A stretch of 64,000 nucleotides of DNA from Waddliaceae bacterium (GTDB taxonomy: Bacteria > Chlamydiota > Chlamydiia > Chlamydiales > SLOH01), in the NCBI GenBank assembly GCA_040880105.1, contig JBBDJA010000010.1:32001-96000 (forward strand). Direction: 5' to 3'. The position numbers and the translations under genes are program-made. Shown piece by piece: positions 1-12,399 of the stretch. Below the pieces are notes generated by a model. That model had not been told where the DNA came from, made no database searches, and worked only from the letters and a program-made list of their open reading frames with translations. Position 1 is the first letter of the stretch; each line of letters opens with the position of its first letter.

Positions 1-237
1 AAAAAGCGTTCGGCAGCTTCTGACGCTGCTGCAGGTGCTAATCCTGCAGAATGGTTTGGTGATATAAAGAAAGAATTTAAGAAAATCACCTGGACCGAAA
101 GGCAAGAGCTTAAAGCTTATACGAAAGTAGTCATTGGAGCCACTTTTGTTATGGGGTTTGCAATATTCGGGATTGATTTATTTATAAAATATACTGTTGA
201 AGCATTAGCTACAGTTTTTAAAGTTTTAGTAGGTTAA
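1..237 (+). CDS. secE: Preprotein translocase subunit SecE (5' truncated by the window)
   Basis: Manual frame-1 translation ...EWFGDIKKEFKKITWTERQELKAYTKVVIGATFVMGFAIFGID...VG*; matches the SecE E-x-K-K-[VI]-T-W motif plus a TM helix; lies directly upstream of nusG. Confidence 0.92.
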   Translation, partial: KKRSAASDAAAGANPAEWFGDIKKEFKKITWTERQELKAYTKVVIGATFVMGFAIFGIDLFIKYTVEALATVFKVLVG

Positions 238-271
238 ACTCCCACGCAAGAGAAAGTTTCTAAGGAATTTT

Positions 272-811
272 ATGAATCATTGGTATGTAGTCCATGTGCT
301 GTCATCACATGAAAAGAAAGTAAAGAAGACGATCGAAGAAAAATTAGAAGCTTCTGGAATGAGCGACTTTATAAAAGAAGTTGTTGTTCCGATAGAAAAT
401 GTGTCTGAAGTAAAAAAAGGGCAGCAAAAGGTCGTAGAGAAGAGAATCTGGCCGGGATATATTCTCGTCAATCTCGTCCTCAATGATGAATCATGGGGCT
501 ATATAAAAGAAACCCAAGGCGTAATCGGATTTCTAGGTGGTGGAAAACCAACACCGTTATCAGATTATGAAGTACAGGAAATTTTAAGAGATATTCAAGA
601 AAAAGGACAAAAAGTTACTCAAAAGCATAAATTTGCTGTCGGGGATTCTGTTAAGATTATTGATGGAGTGTTTGTTAATTTCATAGGGACAGTATTTGAT
701 GTTAATAACGATAAAGGTCAATTGAGTGTAAGAGTTTCTATATTCGGAAGAGACACTGAAGTAGACGACTTAGAATTTCATCAAGTAGAAAAAGTTGAAG
801 ATGAGGCATAG
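272..811 (+). CDS. nusG: Transcription termination/antitermination factor NusG
   Basis: WYVVHV N-terminus, [17 protein letters not shown] domain ([17 protein letters not shown]). Confidence 0.98.
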   Translation: MNHWYVVHVLSSHEKKVKKTIEEKLEASGMSDFIKEVVVPIENVSEVKKGQQKVVEKRIWPGYILVNLVLNDESWGYIKETQGVIGFLGGGKPTPLSDYEVQEILRDIQEKGQKVTQKHKFAVGDSVKIIDGVFVNFIGTVFDVNNDKGQLSVRVSIFGRDTEVDDLEFHQVEKVEDEA

Positions 812-819
812 GGCATATT

Positions 820-1260
820 ATGGCAAAAAAGAAAATAACTAAATTAATCAAGCTCCAAATTCCCGCTGGAAAAGCAAATCCGGCACCACCGATCGGTCCT
901 GCTTTAGGAGCGGCAGGTGTTAATATCATGGCTTTTTGTAAAGAGTTTAATGCGAAGACGCAAGGCTCAAATGATATTTTACCTGTGGTCATTTCTGTAT
1001 ATAAAGATAAGTCGTTTACCTTTATCTGCAAAAAGCCTCCAGTACCAGAAATGCTAAAGAAGGCAGCTGGAATCTCTAAGGGATCAGCAGTTCCCAATCG
1101 AGACAAAGTGGGAAAAATCACTCCTGAACAAGCAGAGAAAATTGCTCAGGATAAAATGGAAGACCTTAATGCTCGCAACCTAGATGCTGCAATTAAGATT
1201 GTATTAGGAACAGCTAGGTCTATGGGAATTGAATATACAGGGGCAGCAACCGCAGCTTAA
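820..1260 (+). CDS. rplK: 50S ribosomal protein L11
   Basis: [27 protein letters not shown]. Confidence 0.99.
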   Translation: MAKKKITKLIKLQIPAGKANPAPPIGPALGAAGVNIMAFCKEFNAKTQGSNDILPVVISVYKDKSFTFICKKPPVPEMLKKAAGISKGSAVPNRDKVGKITPEQAEKIAQDKMEDLNARNLDAAIKIVLGTARSMGIEYTGAATAA

Positions 1261-1270
1261 GGAGAATATA

Positions 1271-1972
1271 ATGACAAAATTGAGCAAACGTTTTCAGGAT
1301 ATTGAAAAGAACTTTGACTTAGATCGTACCTTTTCTCTAGAAGAAGCGATTAAAATGTTAAAAGAACTACCTGGAACTAAATTTAATCAAACACTAGAAG
1401 TTTCATTGAAATTAGGTGTTGATCCTAAGAAAGCTGACCAGCAAGTAAGAGGAACAGTTGCCTTACCTCATGGGACAGGTAAAGAGCTTCGTATCCTTGT
1501 ATTTGCAGCTGGAGACAAAGCAGATGAAGCAAGGAAAGCAGGCGCTGATTACGTTGGCACAGACGAACTCGTACAAAAAATTAGCAGCGGCTGGACTGAT
1601 TTTGATGCAGTCATCGCAACTCCGGACATGATGAGAGAGGTTGGAAAACTTGGAAAAGTTCTTGGACCGAGAGGCTTAATGCCAGCTCCTAAAGCCGGAA
1701 CAGTCACAAATGATATTGCTAAAACAGTCGAAGAGTTAAAAGCGGGTCGTGTTGAATACAAAACCAATAAGAATGGTGTGATTAATCACGGCGTAGGAAA
1801 ATTAACCTCTTTCGAGTCTGCACAGTTAAAAGAAAATGTTGAAGCATTCATTCGTGCCATTCAACGAGCAAAACCTGCATCTTCAAAAGGACGTTACATG
1901 TTAAAGTTAGTCCTTTCAGGAACGATGACTCCAGGATTAGAAGTTGATGTAAAAGAATTAGAAGTAGCGTAA
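1271..1972 (+). CDS. rplA: 50S ribosomal protein L1
   Basis: [23 protein letters not shown]; start moved to ATG 1271 after the AAGGAG RBS. Confidence 0.98.
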   Translation: MTKLSKRFQDIEKNFDLDRTFSLEEAIKMLKELPGTKFNQTLEVSLKLGVDPKKADQQVRGTVALPHGTGKELRILVFAAGDKADEARKAGADYVGTDELVQKISSGWTDFDAVIATPDMMREVGKLGKVLGPRGLMPAPKAGTVTNDIAKTVEELKAGRVEYKTNKNGVINHGVGKLTSFESAQLKENVEAFIRAIQRAKPASSKGRYMLKLVLSGTMTPGLEVDVKELEVA

Positions 1973-1983
1973 AGGAGTCAGAA

Positions 1984-2502
1984 ATGAAACAGGAAAAACA
2001 GTTCTTACTTGATGAAATCAAGGGACATATTGATCGCTATCAGTCTTTTTTAATTACAAAGAACAATGGAATCAATTCAGAATCCGCAAATGATCTTAGA
2101 ACAAAAATAGCGGCTCTCGGTGGTGAAATTGAAATGGTAAGAAAGAGACTTTTAATCAAAGCTCTTGAAGATTCCGGTTTGAAATTTACACCTAGAGATC
2201 TTCCTGGACAGATTGGAATCGTGCTTTCAGGCAATGATTATATTACCATTACAAAGGAAATATATAAATATATTGAAGAAAGCGACAATCAAATTGAAGT
2301 GATCGGAGCTAAGTTTGATGGAAACTATTATGAAAGCGATGACGTTAAAAAGCTTTCAAAACTTCCATCACTTGATCAAATGAGAGGTCAACTACTTGGA
2401 CTATTTGAAGCGCCAATGGCACAAATGTTAGCTGTTACAAATGCTCTTTTAACAGCAGTACCTCATTGCCTTGAGAACAAGTCAAAAGAATCTGAGGAGT
2501 AA
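1984..2502 (+). CDS. rplJ: 50S ribosomal protein L10
   Basis: Position between rplA and rplL; LSKLPSLDQMRGQLLG C-terminal motif; AAGGAG RBS. Confidence 0.95.
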   Translation: MKQEKQFLLDEIKGHIDRYQSFLITKNNGINSESANDLRTKIAALGGEIEMVRKRLLIKALEDSGLKFTPRDLPGQIGIVLSGNDYITITKEIYKYIEESDNQIEVIGAKFDGNYYESDDVKKLSKLPSLDQMRGQLLGLFEAPMAQMLAVTNALLTAVPHCLENKSKESEE

Positions 2503-2524
2503 ACGTCTAAATTATGATGATAGA

Positions 2525-2548
2525 TTTTTCGCATTGGGATGCGAAAAA
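2525..2548 (+). promoter_or_regulatory. Perfect hairpin in the rplJ-rplL spacer
   Basis: TTTTTCGCAT-TGGG-ATGCGAAAAA, a 10 bp stem. Confidence 0.5.
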
Positions 2549-2590
2549 ATATCTTAAACATTCAAAGTTAAATGATAGAGAGGAATAACC

Positions 2591-2977
2591 GTGAGTAAAA
2601 AACTTGAAACACTCGTAGAAGAGCTTAGCCAATTGACAGTTTTAGAAATGTCAGAACTTAAGCAACAATTAGAAGACAAATGGGGAGTGACAGCAGCAGC
2701 ACCAGCAGCAGCAGTTTTTGCAGCACCTGAGCAAGGTGGAGCAAAAGAAGAAGAAGCAACAGACTTCAATGTCATTCTAGAAGAAGTACCAGCTGCTAAG
2801 AAAATTGCAGTTATTAAAATTATCCGTGAGATAACTGGACTTGGTCTTAAAGAAGCAAAGGAAATGGCAGAGTCAACGCCTAAACCTGTTAAAGAATCTG
2901 CACCTAAAGAAGAAGCTGAAGAACTTAAGAAGAAGTTCGAAGAAGCTGGTGCTAAAGTTTCTTTAAAGGCGGTCTAA
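2591..2977 (+). CDS. rplL: 50S ribosomal protein L7/L12
   Basis: LTVLEMSEL, Ala-rich hinge, [24 protein letters not shown] start after GAGAGG. Confidence 0.99.
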   Translation: MSKKLETLVEELSQLTVLEMSELKQQLEDKWGVTAAAPAAAVFAAPEQGGAKEEEATDFNVILEEVPAAKKIAVIKIIREITGLGLKEAKEMAESTPKPVKESAPKEEAEELKKKFEEAGAKVSLKAV

Positions 2978-3039
2978 TTAAAAATCATATTGCGAAAAGG
3001 ATCGGTAAAAGATTCATACTACATTAGTTATCGCAGTAG

Positions 3040-3080
3040 CCTGGATGCGGCAGAAGTGATCACTCCTGCTCGCATCTGGG
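3040..3080 (+). promoter_or_regulatory. Long stem-loop in the rplL-rpoB leader (possible attenuator or processing site)
   Basis: CCTGGATGCG-GCAG..AGTG/CACT..CTGC-CGCATCTGGG pairing with G-U pairs, followed by T-rich sequence. Confidence 0.5.
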
Positions 3081-3207
3081 ATCTTTGTATTTATATATAA
3101 TTCTTTGAGCTATCACTAGGCTGCAATTAATTACGAAGGTTTGATTAAAATCGGTGAACAACATTCAGCTAAAGAATTTAAGTTGATCAATCAGGGAGAT
3201 CTCATAA

Positions 3208-6200
3208 ATGAAAAAAGCGGCGCCCAAAAGGGTTAGTTTTTCTAAGCGGGAAGAAATTTTAGACCTTCCTAGTCTTATCGAAGTTCAAATTAAATCCTTT
3301 AAACAATTTCTGCAAGCAGACAAATTACCTCATGAACGTGAAAATGTCGGCATTGAAGAAGTGTTTAGAGAAATATTTCCTATCTCGTCTTATGACGAAA
3401 AAACAACTTTAGAGTATTTAAGCTATACGCTTGGAGTCCCTAAATACAATCCTGATGAATGTGTTCGCCGTGGAATTTCTTACAACGTCACACTGAAAGT
3501 GAAATTCCGCCTAACAGATGAAACCGGGATTAAAGAAGAAGAAGTCTACATGGGGACAATCCCTATAATGACAGACAAGGGAACATTCATTATTAATGGT
3601 GCCGAGAGAGTTGTTGTCTCACAGTTACACAGATCTCCCGGAATTAGCTATGAGCATGAGCTGCATCCTCGAGGCACGGCAATTTACTCATTCCGCATCA
3701 TCCCGTATAGAGGAAGCTGGTTAGAAGCCTCTTTTGATATTAATGATATGATTCATATCTACATTGATAGAAAAAAACGTCGACGCAAAATTTTAGCCAC
3801 AAGTTTTATTAGAGCCCTTGGCTTTTCATCGAATGCGGAAATTATAGAAGAATTCTTTACTACAAAGAAATACAAGATCAGTTCGCAAAAAGATATTGCA
3901 AAGTTGACCGGTAAAATTCTTGCAGAAGATGTTGTTCAAGAAGAGACAGGACTTGTTTTCGGACGTGCATCTGAAAAATTGACCACTGCAATGTTAAAGC
4001 GTATTACAGATGCTGGTGAAAAATCAATTGTTATCGCTGAAAATGCTGACGAAAATTCACCAATTATCAAAATGCTCAGCAAAGACCCAACGGATTCATA
4101 CGAAAGCGCACTAAAAGAATTCTACAGGAAGGTCCGTCCAGGCGAGCCTGCAACTTTGACAAACGCACGATCCGCAATGATGCGCCTTTTCTTCGATCCT
4201 AAACGTTATAATTTAGGAAGAGTGGGTCGTTATAAACTGAACTCAAAGCTTAATATCGCAGTTGATGATGAAGCCCTTGAAACAGTGACACTCATTAGAC
4301 AAGACATTATTGAGTCGCTAAAGTACTTGATTCGTTTGAAAGAAGGTGATGAAGATACCTCTATTGATGATATCGATCATCTTGGAAATCGACGCGTACG
4401 TTCGGTCGGTGAACTTGTGCAAAATCAATGCAGAATCGGTCTTGCGCGTATGGAGAAAATTATTCGTGAGCGCATGAATCTATTTGACTTCACCTCCGAT
4501 ACATTAACTCCGGGAAAAATTGTTTCTGCTAAAGGTTTAGCCGGAGTCCTAAAAGACTTCTTTGGACGCTCACAACTTTCTCAGTTTATGGATCAAGCCA
4601 ACCCTGTTGCTGAGCTTACACATAAACGAAGACTTTCTTCGCTTGGGCCCGGTGGTTTGAATCGTGACCGCGCAGGTTTTGAAGTCCGTGACGTTCATCC
4701 AAGTCACTATGGTCGTATCTGTCCGATCGAGACTCCTGAAGGACCGAACATTGGTTTGATTACTTCCCTTGCATCTTATGCAAAAATCAATGAATTCGGA
4801 TTTGTTGAAACGCCGTATCGAGCTGTAAAGGACGGAGTTGTTACAGAAGAAATCGAGTACATGACTGCCGAGCAAGAAGAGCGATGCGTAATTGCGCAAG
4901 CCTCAGCAGAACTCGATGAATACAACTTATTTAAAAATGATCTTTGCTGGGCGAGATATAGAGGAGAACCGGTTGAGATAGAGACATCTAAGGTGACACA
5001 TATGGACGTTTCACCAAAACAGCTTGTCTCTATTGTTGCAGGTTTAATTCCATTCCTTGAGCACGATGACGCGAACAGAGCCTTGATGGGATCAAACATG
5101 CAACGTCAAGGTGTACCGCTACTTCAACCTACAGCACCTATCGTGGGAACTGGACTTGAAGCAAGAGCGGCGCGCGATTCCGGAGCTGTTGTTGTTGCCG
5201 AAGAGGATGGAACTGTAGAGTATGTAGATGGCTCGAAAATCGTCGTTTCTCCCAAAGATAATCGACTTGAAAAGAAAACATATACTCTAAAGAAATTTCT
5301 ACGTTCAAACTCTGGAACATGCATAAATCAACAGCCACTATGCGGAGTGGGTGATAAAATTAAAGCCGGCGATGTGATTGCAGATGGACCGGGAACCGAT
5401 AAAGGAGAGGTCGCACTCGGACAAAATGTCCTTGTCTCATTTATACCTTGGTATGGTTATAACTATGAGGATGCGATTATCATTTCTGAAAAGTTAATCA
5501 GAGAAGATACATTCACCTCGATCCACATCGAAGAATTTGAAATCACTGCCCGTGATACAAAGTTAGGTCGCGAAGAAATTACACGAGATATTCCAAACGT
5601 TTCTGAAGACGCTTTAGTTCACCTTGAGGATGATGGAATCATTCGCATCGGCTCTGAAGTTAAACCGGGCGATATTCTCGTTGGGAAAATTACACCTAAG
5701 TCTGAAACTGAACTTGCTCCTGAAGAGAGACTTTTACGTGCAATCTTTGGTGAGAAGGCAGCTGATGTAAAGGATGCCTCTCTTACTGTTCCTCCAGGGA
5801 CTGAAGGGTATGTAATGGATGTTAAGGTCTTTAGTCGTAAAGAGCGTCTCTCGAGAACAGAAGATGAACTTGTTGAAGAAGCGGCTAAGCTTAAAGAAAT
5901 ACAAAATGAATACAAGCAAAAAGAAGCAGAGTTAAAGACATCTAGCAGAGAAAAAGTCGGCGCGCTGTTGCTTAATGAAGTGGCTTCAGGTTCAATTGTC
6001 CATCGCGTCACAGCCGATGTGATCGTTGAAGACGGAACTGTATTTACACAAGATCATTTAGAAGAATTAGAAGAAGAGTCTGTTGATAATCTTCTAATGC
6101 CAAATAATCCGACTTATCAAATTTTGCGTGAGCTCCTTGTCGATTATCAGCTTAAGGGACAGCAGCTAGAGACTGAGTACCGAAAGCAGATTGAGCAGCT

Positions 6201-6999
6201 ACGCAAAGGGGATACAGATCTCGAGCCCGGAATTGTTCGTCAGGTAAAAGTCTATGTTGCATCCAAACGCACTTTGCAAGTTGGGGATAAAATGGCTGGA
6301 CGCCACGGAAACAAAGGTGTTGTGTCCAATATTGTTCCTGAAGCAGATATGCCATTTCTAGAAGATGGTCAATCAATTGAGATTATTTTGAACCCGCTAG
6401 GTGTACCTTCGCGTATGAACATGGGGCAATTGTTTGAGACACACCTTGGATTTGCTGCAAAACGCAAAGGCGTCAACGTCATGAGCCCGGTGTTTGAAGG
6501 CTTTCCAGAGAATGAAATTTGGAAAATGATGAAAGAGCAAAATCTACCAGAAGATGGAAAATTTGTTCTTTACGATGGCTATACCGGCGAGCGTCTTGAT
6601 AACAAGGTCATGGTTGGATACATCTACATGATGAAGCTCGGACACTTAGTTGCAGATAAGATTCACGCACGTGCTGTCGGACCGTATTCACTTGTCACTC
6701 AACAACCTCTAGGTGGTAAAGCGCAAAGAGGGGGTCAACGTTTTGGTGAGATGGAAGTTTGGGCTGCAGAGGCTTATGGAGCTGCCCACTTACTACAAGA
6801 ACTATTGACTGTCAAGTCAGATGACGTCGCTGGACGCGCTAGAATTTATGAGTCTATCGTTAAGGGAGAAAATATTTTGGAATCAGGAACCCCTGAATCA
6901 TTTAATGTTTTGATTAAAGAAATGCAAGGCTTAGGACTTGATGTGAAAACACAACTTTCTGAAGAATATAGTTCACAGAACACGAGGGAGATTTCATGA
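3208..6999 (+). CDS. rpoB: DNA-directed RNA polymerase subunit beta
   Basis: [37 protein letters not shown]. Confidence 0.99.
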   Translation: MKKAAPKRVSFSKREEILDLPSLIEVQIKSFKQFLQADKLPHERENVGIEEVFREIFPISSYDEKTTLEYLSYTLGVPKYNPDECVRRGISYNVTLKVKFRLTDETGIKEEEVYMGTIPIMTDKGTFIINGAERVVVSQLHRSPGISYEHELHPRGTAIYSFRIIPYRGSWLEASFDINDMIHIYIDRKKRRRKILATSFIRALGFSSNAEIIEEFFTTKKYKISSQKDIAKLTGKILAEDVVQEETGLVFGRASEKLTTAMLKRITDAGEKSIVIAENADENSPIIKMLSKDPTDSYESALKEFYRKVRPGEPATLTNARSAMMRLFFDPKRYNLGRVGRYKLNSKLNIAVDDEALETVTLIRQDIIESLKYLIRLKEGDEDTSIDDIDHLGNRRVRSVGELVQNQCRIGLARMEKIIRERMNLFDFTSDTLTPGKIVSAKGLAGVLKDFFGRSQLSQFMDQANPVAELTHKRRLSSLGPGGLNRDRAGFEVRDVHPSHYGRICPIETPEGPNIGLITSLASYAKINEFGFVETPYRAVKDGVVTEEIEYMTAEQEERCVIAQASAELDEYNLFKNDLCWARYRGEPVEIETSKVTHMDVSPKQLVSIVAGLIPFLEHDDANRALMGSNMQRQGVPLLQPTAPIVGTGLEARAARDSGAVVVAEEDGTVEYVDGSKIVVSPKDNRLEKKTYTLKKFLRSNSGTCINQQPLCGVGDKIKAGDVIADGPGTDKGEVALGQNVLVSFIPWYGYNYEDAIIISEKLIREDTFTSIHIEEFEITARDTKLGREEITRDIPNVSEDALVHLEDDGIIRIGSEVKPGDILVGKITPKSETELAPEERLLRAIFGEKAADVKDASLTVPPGTEGYVMDVKVFSRKERLSRTEDELVEEAAKLKEIQNEYKQKEAELKTSSREKVGALLLNEVASGSIVHRVTADVIVEDGTVFTQDHLEELEEESVDNLLMPNNPTYQILRELLVDYQLKGQQLETEYRKQIEQLRKGDTDLEPGIVRQVKVYVASKRTLQVGDKMAGRHGNKGVVSNIVPEADMPFLEDGQSIEIILNPLGVPSRMNMGQLFETHLGFAAKRKGVNVMSPVFEGFPENEIWKMMKEQNLPEDGKFVLYDGYTGERLDNKVMVGYIYMMKLGHLVADKIHARAVGPYSLVTQQPLGGKAQRGGQRFGEMEVWAAEAYGAAHLLQELLTVKSDDVAGRARIYESIVKGENILESGTPESFNVLIKEMQGLGLDVKTQLSEEYSSQNTREIS

Positions 7000-9900
7000 C
7001 AGATAATCAGCAATATCGCCAAAATAGTGAAAGGCAAGGCTTTGATACATTATCGATACATATCGCCTCGAGTGATGTGATTAGAAATAAATGGTCAAAC
7101 GGTGAGATAAAAAAACCTGAAACAATTAACTACCGTACATTTAAACCTGAAAAGGGCGGTCTGTTTTGTGAAAAAATATTCGGCCCGACCCGCGATTGGG
7201 AATGTGCATGCGGTAAGTACAAAAAAATAAAGCACAAAGGCATTGTTTGCGATCGATGTGGTGTTGAGGTTACTCAGTCTGTAGTCAGACGTGAGCGCAT
7301 GGCGCATATCGAACTTGCTGTCCCTATTGTGCATATTTGGTTCTTCAAAACAATGCCGTCTCGCATTGGAAATATTTTGGGGATGCCATCTACTGACCTA
7401 GAGCGCATTATTTATTATGAAGAGCATGTGATTGTCGATCCGGGTAATACAGACCTTGAATCCAAGCAGCTCCTCAATGACGTTGAACTTCGCGAAGCAC
7501 AAGAAAAATGGGGTAGAGACGCATTTGTAGCCATGATGGGAGCAGAGGCAATATCTAAACTACTTGAACAAGAAGACCTGCACCAGCTACTTATCGAACT
7601 TAAAGAGAAGTTAAGACGTACGCGTTCACAGCAAGCGCGCATGAAAATCTCTAAACGGTTAAAGATCATTGAAGGCTTTGTATCCTCATCGAATAAACCG
7701 GAGTGGATGGTGATGTCTTCAGTTCCGGTGATTCCACCTGAATTACGACCTTTAGTCCCACTAGATGGCGGAAGATTTGCCACATCTGATTTAAATGATC
7801 TTTATCGACGTGTAATCAACAGAAACAACCGTCTGAAAGCGATTTTAAAGCTTAAAACCCCTGAAGTGATTGTCCGTAATGAAAAAAGAATGCTCCAGGA
7901 AGCTGTTGATGCACTTTTTGATAATGGACGTCATGGACATCCGGTGATGGGAGCGGGTAACCGACCTCTTAAATCTTTATCCGAGATGCTTAAAGGTAAG
8001 ACAGGGCGTTTCCGTCAAAACCTATTAGGAAAACGTGTCGACTACTCCGGACGTTCAGTTATTATTGTAGGACCTGAACTCAAATTTAATCAGTGCGGTC
8101 TTCCTAAACTGATGGCTCTTGAACTTTTTGAGCCGTTTATTGTGAAACGTCTCAAAGATTTAGGTCTCGTTTATACGATTCGCTCTGCTAGAAAAATGAT
8201 CCAAAGACAGGCCCCTGAGGTTTGGGATGTACTTGAAGAGATCATTCAAGGCCACCCTGTTCTTCTAAACCGTGCGCCGACACTACATAGACTTGGGATT
8301 CAAGCATTTGAACCTATTTTAATTGAAGGAAAAGCGATTCGAATTCACCCTCTTGTTTGCGCAGCATTCAACGCTGACTTTGATGGTGACCAAATGGCCG
8401 TCTACGTTCCGCTTTCTGTCGAGGCTCAATTAGAGGCAAAACTCTTGATGATGGCCCCGGATAATATCTTCCTACCCTCTTCCGGTAAGCCTGTTGCGGT
8501 CCCTTCGCAGGATATGACATTCGGCTTGTATTACTTAATGTGCGATCCGCTATATATCCCCGAAGATCACGGGAAAAAGACGCGCTTTTTCAGCAATGAA
8601 GATGAGGTTCGCGTCGCTCTAGAAGCAAGCGGGAGCTACACCTGGTTTGAAGAGAGTGAAAAGAAGGACCAAAAACCTGAAAAATTGGATTTCTTCCGAG
8701 GGTTAAGACTGCACGAAAAGATCAAGTTAAGAACGGAAAATGGAATTATTGAAACGACACCCGGACGTGTTCTTTTCAATACGATTGTTCCAAAAGAACT
8801 TGGATTTCAAAACTATAGCCTACCGAAGAAAAAGGTCGTAGAACTCATTATGAACTGCTACAAGACTGTCGGCTTAGAGAAAACTGTTCGTTTCCTTGAC
8901 GATCTCAAAATGCTTGGTTTTGCTGAGGCGACAAGATCCGCTCTTTCACTTGGTGTTAAAGATGTTTACATCCCACCTGAAAAAACCAAAGTAATCGAAA
9001 ATGCTCAGAAGAAAGTTGAGCTTGTTAAAGAGCAGTACAACGATGGTATTATCACAGACGGTGAGCGTAAATCGAAGACAATTGGAGTTTGGACGGAAGT
9101 TTCTGACACTTTGTCAGAGATTCTTTTCGATGAAATCTCGAAACCGACAAGCGAGGGCAAACTTAATCCTATCTGGATGATGATGGATTCAGGAGCTCGG
9201 GGAAATAAATCACAGATTCGTCAGCTTGGAGCGCTTCGTGGTTTGATGGCGAAACCATCCGGTGCTATTATCGAACTTCCGATTCTTTCAAACTTTAGAG
9301 AAGGTTTGAACGTGATGGAGTATTCAATTTCTTCACACGGTGCTCGTAAAGGTCTCTCCGATACAGCGTTGAAAACCGCAGACTCAGGTTACTTAACGAG
9401 ACGTCTAGTCGATGTCGCTCAAGACGTGATTGTCACAGAAGATGATTGCGGAACACTTAACGGAATTGAAGTCTCTGCAATTAAACAGGGACAAGAAGAA
9501 CTTCTTCCTATTAAGGAGAGAATCTTTGGACGCACGCTTTGTGAAAATGTTTACCTTCCAGGGGATCAGACAAAGCTCTTAGGAAAAGCAGGTGACATAT
9601 TGACTGTCAAACAGGCAGAGAAAATTGATGATGCAGGGATTGAATCAGTCAAGATTCGGTCTGCATTAACATGCGAAACAAAACGCGGCGTATGTAAGAA
9701 GTGCTACGGAATTAACCTCGCAAACGGACGGTATGTAAGCCAAGGTGAAGCTGTCGGTATTATTGCCGCTCAGTCAATCGGTGAACCTGGAACGCAGTTG
9801 ACAATGAGAACGTTCCACTTAGGGGGTATTGCCTCTACATCTGTGACACCTGAAATTATTGCTGAGCATGACGGAATCGTCGTTTATGAAGATTTGCGCA

Positions 9901-11195
9901 CAGTTAAAAATGAAGAAGGACAGTGGGTTGTTCTAAATAAAAATGGATCTTTACATGTTCTTCGTGATGAAGGTAGGACGCTTGAAGCATATAAAAAACT
10001 ACTCTCAACTAAATCTATCGAGCCTCTTCAGACATTTACTGTTGAGCTTGGAACAAAAATTTTCGTTGAGGACGGCTCAAGTATCCAAAAATCTAAAATG
10101 ATTGGTCAATGGGAACAGCATAATATCCCGATTATTTGCGACAAACCCGGTTACCTTAAGTATGAAGATCTTGTTGAAGGAATTTCTATTGAAAAAGAAA
10201 TTAGCAAACAAACAGGACAGACTGAGCTTATCGTAAAACAGCACCGCGGAGAGCTCCATCCACAGATTTTAATTTTTGCTGATAAAGAGTTCACAGAACT
10301 TGTGGGAACATATCCAATCCCATCCAGCGCGATTATCTCTGTGAAGGAGGGGCAGTTCGCCTCAGCTGGTACGTTGCTTGCGAGACTTCCTCGCGGCGCG
10401 CTTAAGACAAAAGATATTACGGGTGGTCTTCCACGTGTAGCTGAATTATTTGAAGCTCGCAAACCAAAAGATGCCGCTGAAATTGCTAAAATCGATGGTG
10501 AAGTAGACTTCAGAGGCGTCCAAAAGAATAAGCGTATTGTTGTGGTTCGTGACAATGCAACCGGAGTAGAAGAAGAGCACTTAATTCCATTAACAAAGCA
10601 CTTGATTGCTCAAAAAGGTGATTTTGTGATTAAGGGTCAGCAGCTTACAGATGGTGTTGTAATTCCGCATGAAATCTTAGATATTTGCGGCGTACGTGAG
10701 CTACAGAAGTATCTTGTTAACCAAGTGCAAGAGGTCTATCGCTTGCAGGGTGTTGATATTAACGATAAACACATTGAAATTATCGTTCGTCAAATGCTCA
10801 AAAAACTCAGAGTCACAGATCCGGGCGATACAAGCTTCCTCTTCGGTGAAGAAGTCGATAAGAGAGACTTTGAGCTAGAAAACCATAAAGTGGTTGATGA
10901 AGGTGGAAAAGCCGCACAAGCTGCACCTGTTTTACTTGGAATCACTAAGGCTTCATTAAGTACGGAGTCCTTTATTTCAGCTGCGTCATTCCAAGATACA
11001 ACACGTGTCTTGACTGATGCTGCATGTTCTGGAAAAGTTGACAAATTACGAGGTTTTAAAGAAAACGTCATTATGGGTCACATCATTCCAGGTGGTACCG
11101 GCTATGAGCAACACCGCGCAGTTGGTAAATTCGTAGATGAAGAGAAGATAGGGGAACTTGTCTTTGATTTTGATGACGAAGTCATTAACGTATAA
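6996..11195 (+). CDS. rpoC: DNA-directed RNA polymerase subunit beta'
   Basis: NADFDGD catalytic motif, N-terminal Zn finger, [18 protein letters not shown] overlap with rpoB. Confidence 0.99.
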   Translation: MTDNQQYRQNSERQGFDTLSIHIASSDVIRNKWSNGEIKKPETINYRTFKPEKGGLFCEKIFGPTRDWECACGKYKKIKHKGIVCDRCGVEVTQSVVRRERMAHIELAVPIVHIWFFKTMPSRIGNILGMPSTDLERIIYYEEHVIVDPGNTDLESKQLLNDVELREAQEKWGRDAFVAMMGAEAISKLLEQEDLHQLLIELKEKLRRTRSQQARMKISKRLKIIEGFVSSSNKPEWMVMSSVPVIPPELRPLVPLDGGRFATSDLNDLYRRVINRNNRLKAILKLKTPEVIVRNEKRMLQEAVDALFDNGRHGHPVMGAGNRPLKSLSEMLKGKTGRFRQNLLGKRVDYSGRSVIIVGPELKFNQCGLPKLMALELFEPFIVKRLKDLGLVYTIRSARKMIQRQAPEVWDVLEEIIQGHPVLLNRAPTLHRLGIQAFEPILIEGKAIRIHPLVCAAFNADFDGDQMAVYVPLSVEAQLEAKLLMMAPDNIFLPSSGKPVAVPSQDMTFGLYYLMCDPLYIPEDHGKKTRFFSNEDEVRVALEASGSYTWFEESEKKDQKPEKLDFFRGLRLHEKIKLRTENGIIETTPGRVLFNTIVPKELGFQNYSLPKKKVVELIMNCYKTVGLEKTVRFLDDLKMLGFAEATRSALSLGVKDVYIPPEKTKVIENAQKKVELVKEQYNDGIITDGERKSKTIGVWTEVSDTLSEILFDEISKPTSEGKLNPIWMMMDSGARGNKSQIRQLGALRGLMAKPSGAIIELPILSNFREGLNVMEYSISSHGARKGLSDTALKTADSGYLTRRLVDVAQDVIVTEDDCGTLNGIEVSAIKQGQEELLPIKERIFGRTLCENVYLPGDQTKLLGKAGDILTVKQAEKIDDAGIESVKIRSALTCETKRGVCKKCYGINLANGRYVSQGEAVGIIAAQSIGEPGTQLTMRTFHLGGIASTSVTPEIIAEHDGIVVYEDLRTVKNEEGQWVVLNKNGSLHVLRDEGRTLEAYKKLLSTKSIEPLQTFTVELGTKIFVEDGSSIQKSKMIGQWEQHNIPIICDKPGYLKYEDLVEGISIEKEISKQTGQTELIVKQHRGELHPQILIFADKEFTELVGTYPIPSSAIISVKEGQFASAGTLLARLPRGALKTKDITGGLPRVAELFEARKPKDAAEIAKIDGEVDFRGVQKNKRIVVVRDNATGVEEEHLIPLTKHLIAQKGDFVIKGQQLTDGVVIPHEILDICGVRELQKYLVNQVQEVYRLQGVDINDKHIEIIVRQMLKKLRVTDPGDTSFLFGEEVDKRDFELENHKVVDEGGKAAQAAPVLLGITKASLSTESFISAASFQDTTRVLTDAACSGKVDKLRGFKENVIMGHIIPGGTGYEQHRAVGKFVDEEKIGELVFDFDDEVINV

Positions 11196-11211
11196 AGCTT
11201 TCGATTCTCTT

Positions 11212-11243
11212 GTTGCCTCCGGATGATCTGGAGGCAACTTTTT
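11212..11243 (+). terminator. Intrinsic terminator after rpoC
   Basis: GTTGCCTCCGGA-TGA-TCTGGAGGCAAC followed by TTTTT. Confidence 0.85.
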
Positions 11244-11359
11244 CAAATACTCAAGATCAGTCCAGATATAGACTAAAGATTGTAAATAAATTTCTAAATA
11301 ATCTGATCGTCAAGATTTTCCGCTCTCATCTTAAAATTAGAACGTTCACGGTTGTTTAA

Positions 11360-11519
11360 GGAAGGTCTGATTAACTCAGGTTAATTTAATTTTGCATGAT
11401 TTTTTTCTAAAATTCGAAAAAAAAATCGAGCTTAACTGTTGGTAGTTAGGTGAGTGTATTTTATCGAATTCCCTCGAAAAAGGCACTGAATTTAATAAGT
11501 TCAGTTAATCAGATTTTCT
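11360..11519. mobile_element. MITE-like element, family A, copy 1
   Basis: Terminal inverted repeats GGAAGGTCTGATTAACT / AGTTAATCAGATTTTCT; flanks TTAA and TTAT; colinear with the reverse complement of 47418-47579. Confidence 0.75.
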
Positions 11520-11529
11520 TTATGCTTTA

Positions 11530-11687
11530 GGAACCTATGAATGACTCGGTTTCTATTAAACAAGAACTTCAGCACAAATCCCAAACAACAATCTATCTTA
11601 ACGTTTTGATAGTTAAGTGTGTACGTATATATCGAATACCCTAGAAAAAGGCGAAAAGTGCATCAACATCGCCTTTTTAGAGTTTCT
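11530..11687. mobile_element. MITE-like element, family A, degenerate copy 2
   Basis: Starts GGAACCTATGAATGACTCGG; internal CTTAACGTTTTGATAGTTAAG..TATCGAATACCCTAGAAAAAGGC matches the interior of copy 1; TTTA on both flanks. Confidence 0.55.
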
Positions 11688-11894
11688 TTTAGGTGGATAA
11701 CTTCGATTTTTCACTCATATGATAAAATACATAGAAATTCTCAAAAGGCGATATGTATTTATATGAGTTGTTCACTATTGACTTCCTATACCCCTAGAGA
11801 CTAAAAAAAAACTGATTTCTTGTGAATTCGGTTGAACAATAAATCTTTTAACGCTATATCTATTGACTTATGAAAGTACATATCTAAGGTCTAT

Positions 11895-12128
11895 ATGAAA
11901 AAGTTTTTTTGCCTCGCACTCTTGACCACTTCTATGAATATGAATGCACATGATATGAACTATCAGGATGCAGGAATTGCCTATACCCAATCAAGAGAAT
12001 CTACAAATAGATTTACAGCGATTTCATTTGCTACTTTTTCTGTTGCATTGTTAACGGGTTTAATTATAAATGCAAATGGCGGATCGAAAAGTACGAAACT
12101 GGGTGGAAGTTCAAGTCATAACGGATAA
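11895..12128 (+). CDS. Small exported membrane peptide, paralog 1 (77 aa)
   Basis: Signal-peptide-like N-terminus, GIAY motif, TM helix, Gly/Ser/His tail. Confidence 0.75.
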   Translation: MKKFFCLALLTTSMNMNAHDMNYQDAGIAYTQSRESTNRFTAISFATFSVALLTGLIINANGGSKSTKLGGSSSHNG

Positions 12129-12149
12129 TTTAAGTTACGGAGAATGTAA

Positions 12150-12389
12150 ATGAATAAATTTAAGAAAATCATCACTGGTCTTGCTTTGACTACAATGGCA
12201 AGTTCATCAGTTGGAACTTTATCAGCAGATCCTTGCTGTTATAACAACACCGGCTACGGATATCAAGACTGCTGCCGCGCACCTTGTATATCACCATACG
12301 TGGCTCTTGGAGTTGTCACTGTAGCTGCAGTTATCGCTGTGCTTGTAAATAACAAAAAATCTGATAACGGTCACTTATCTCACGATTAA
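12150..12389 (+). CDS. Small exported Cys-rich membrane peptide, paralog 2 (79 aa)
   Basis: GGAG RBS, signal peptide ending TLSA, 5 Cys, GYGY motif, TM helix, GHLSHD tail. Confidence 0.85.
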   Translation: MNKFKKIITGLALTTMASSSVGTLSADPCCYNNTGYGYQDCCRAPCISPYVALGVVTVAAVIAVLVNNKKSDNGHLSHD

Positions 12390-12399
12390 AATTCCTTGA

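Noticed and set aside
4560..4660. Rifampicin-resistance substitutions in RpoB cluster I
   Set aside because: SQFMDQ...THKRRLS keeps the usual sensitive residues.
11619..11804. 61 aa ORF in the spacer after rpoC
   Set aside because: It overlaps MITE remnants and has no RBS or recognisable features.
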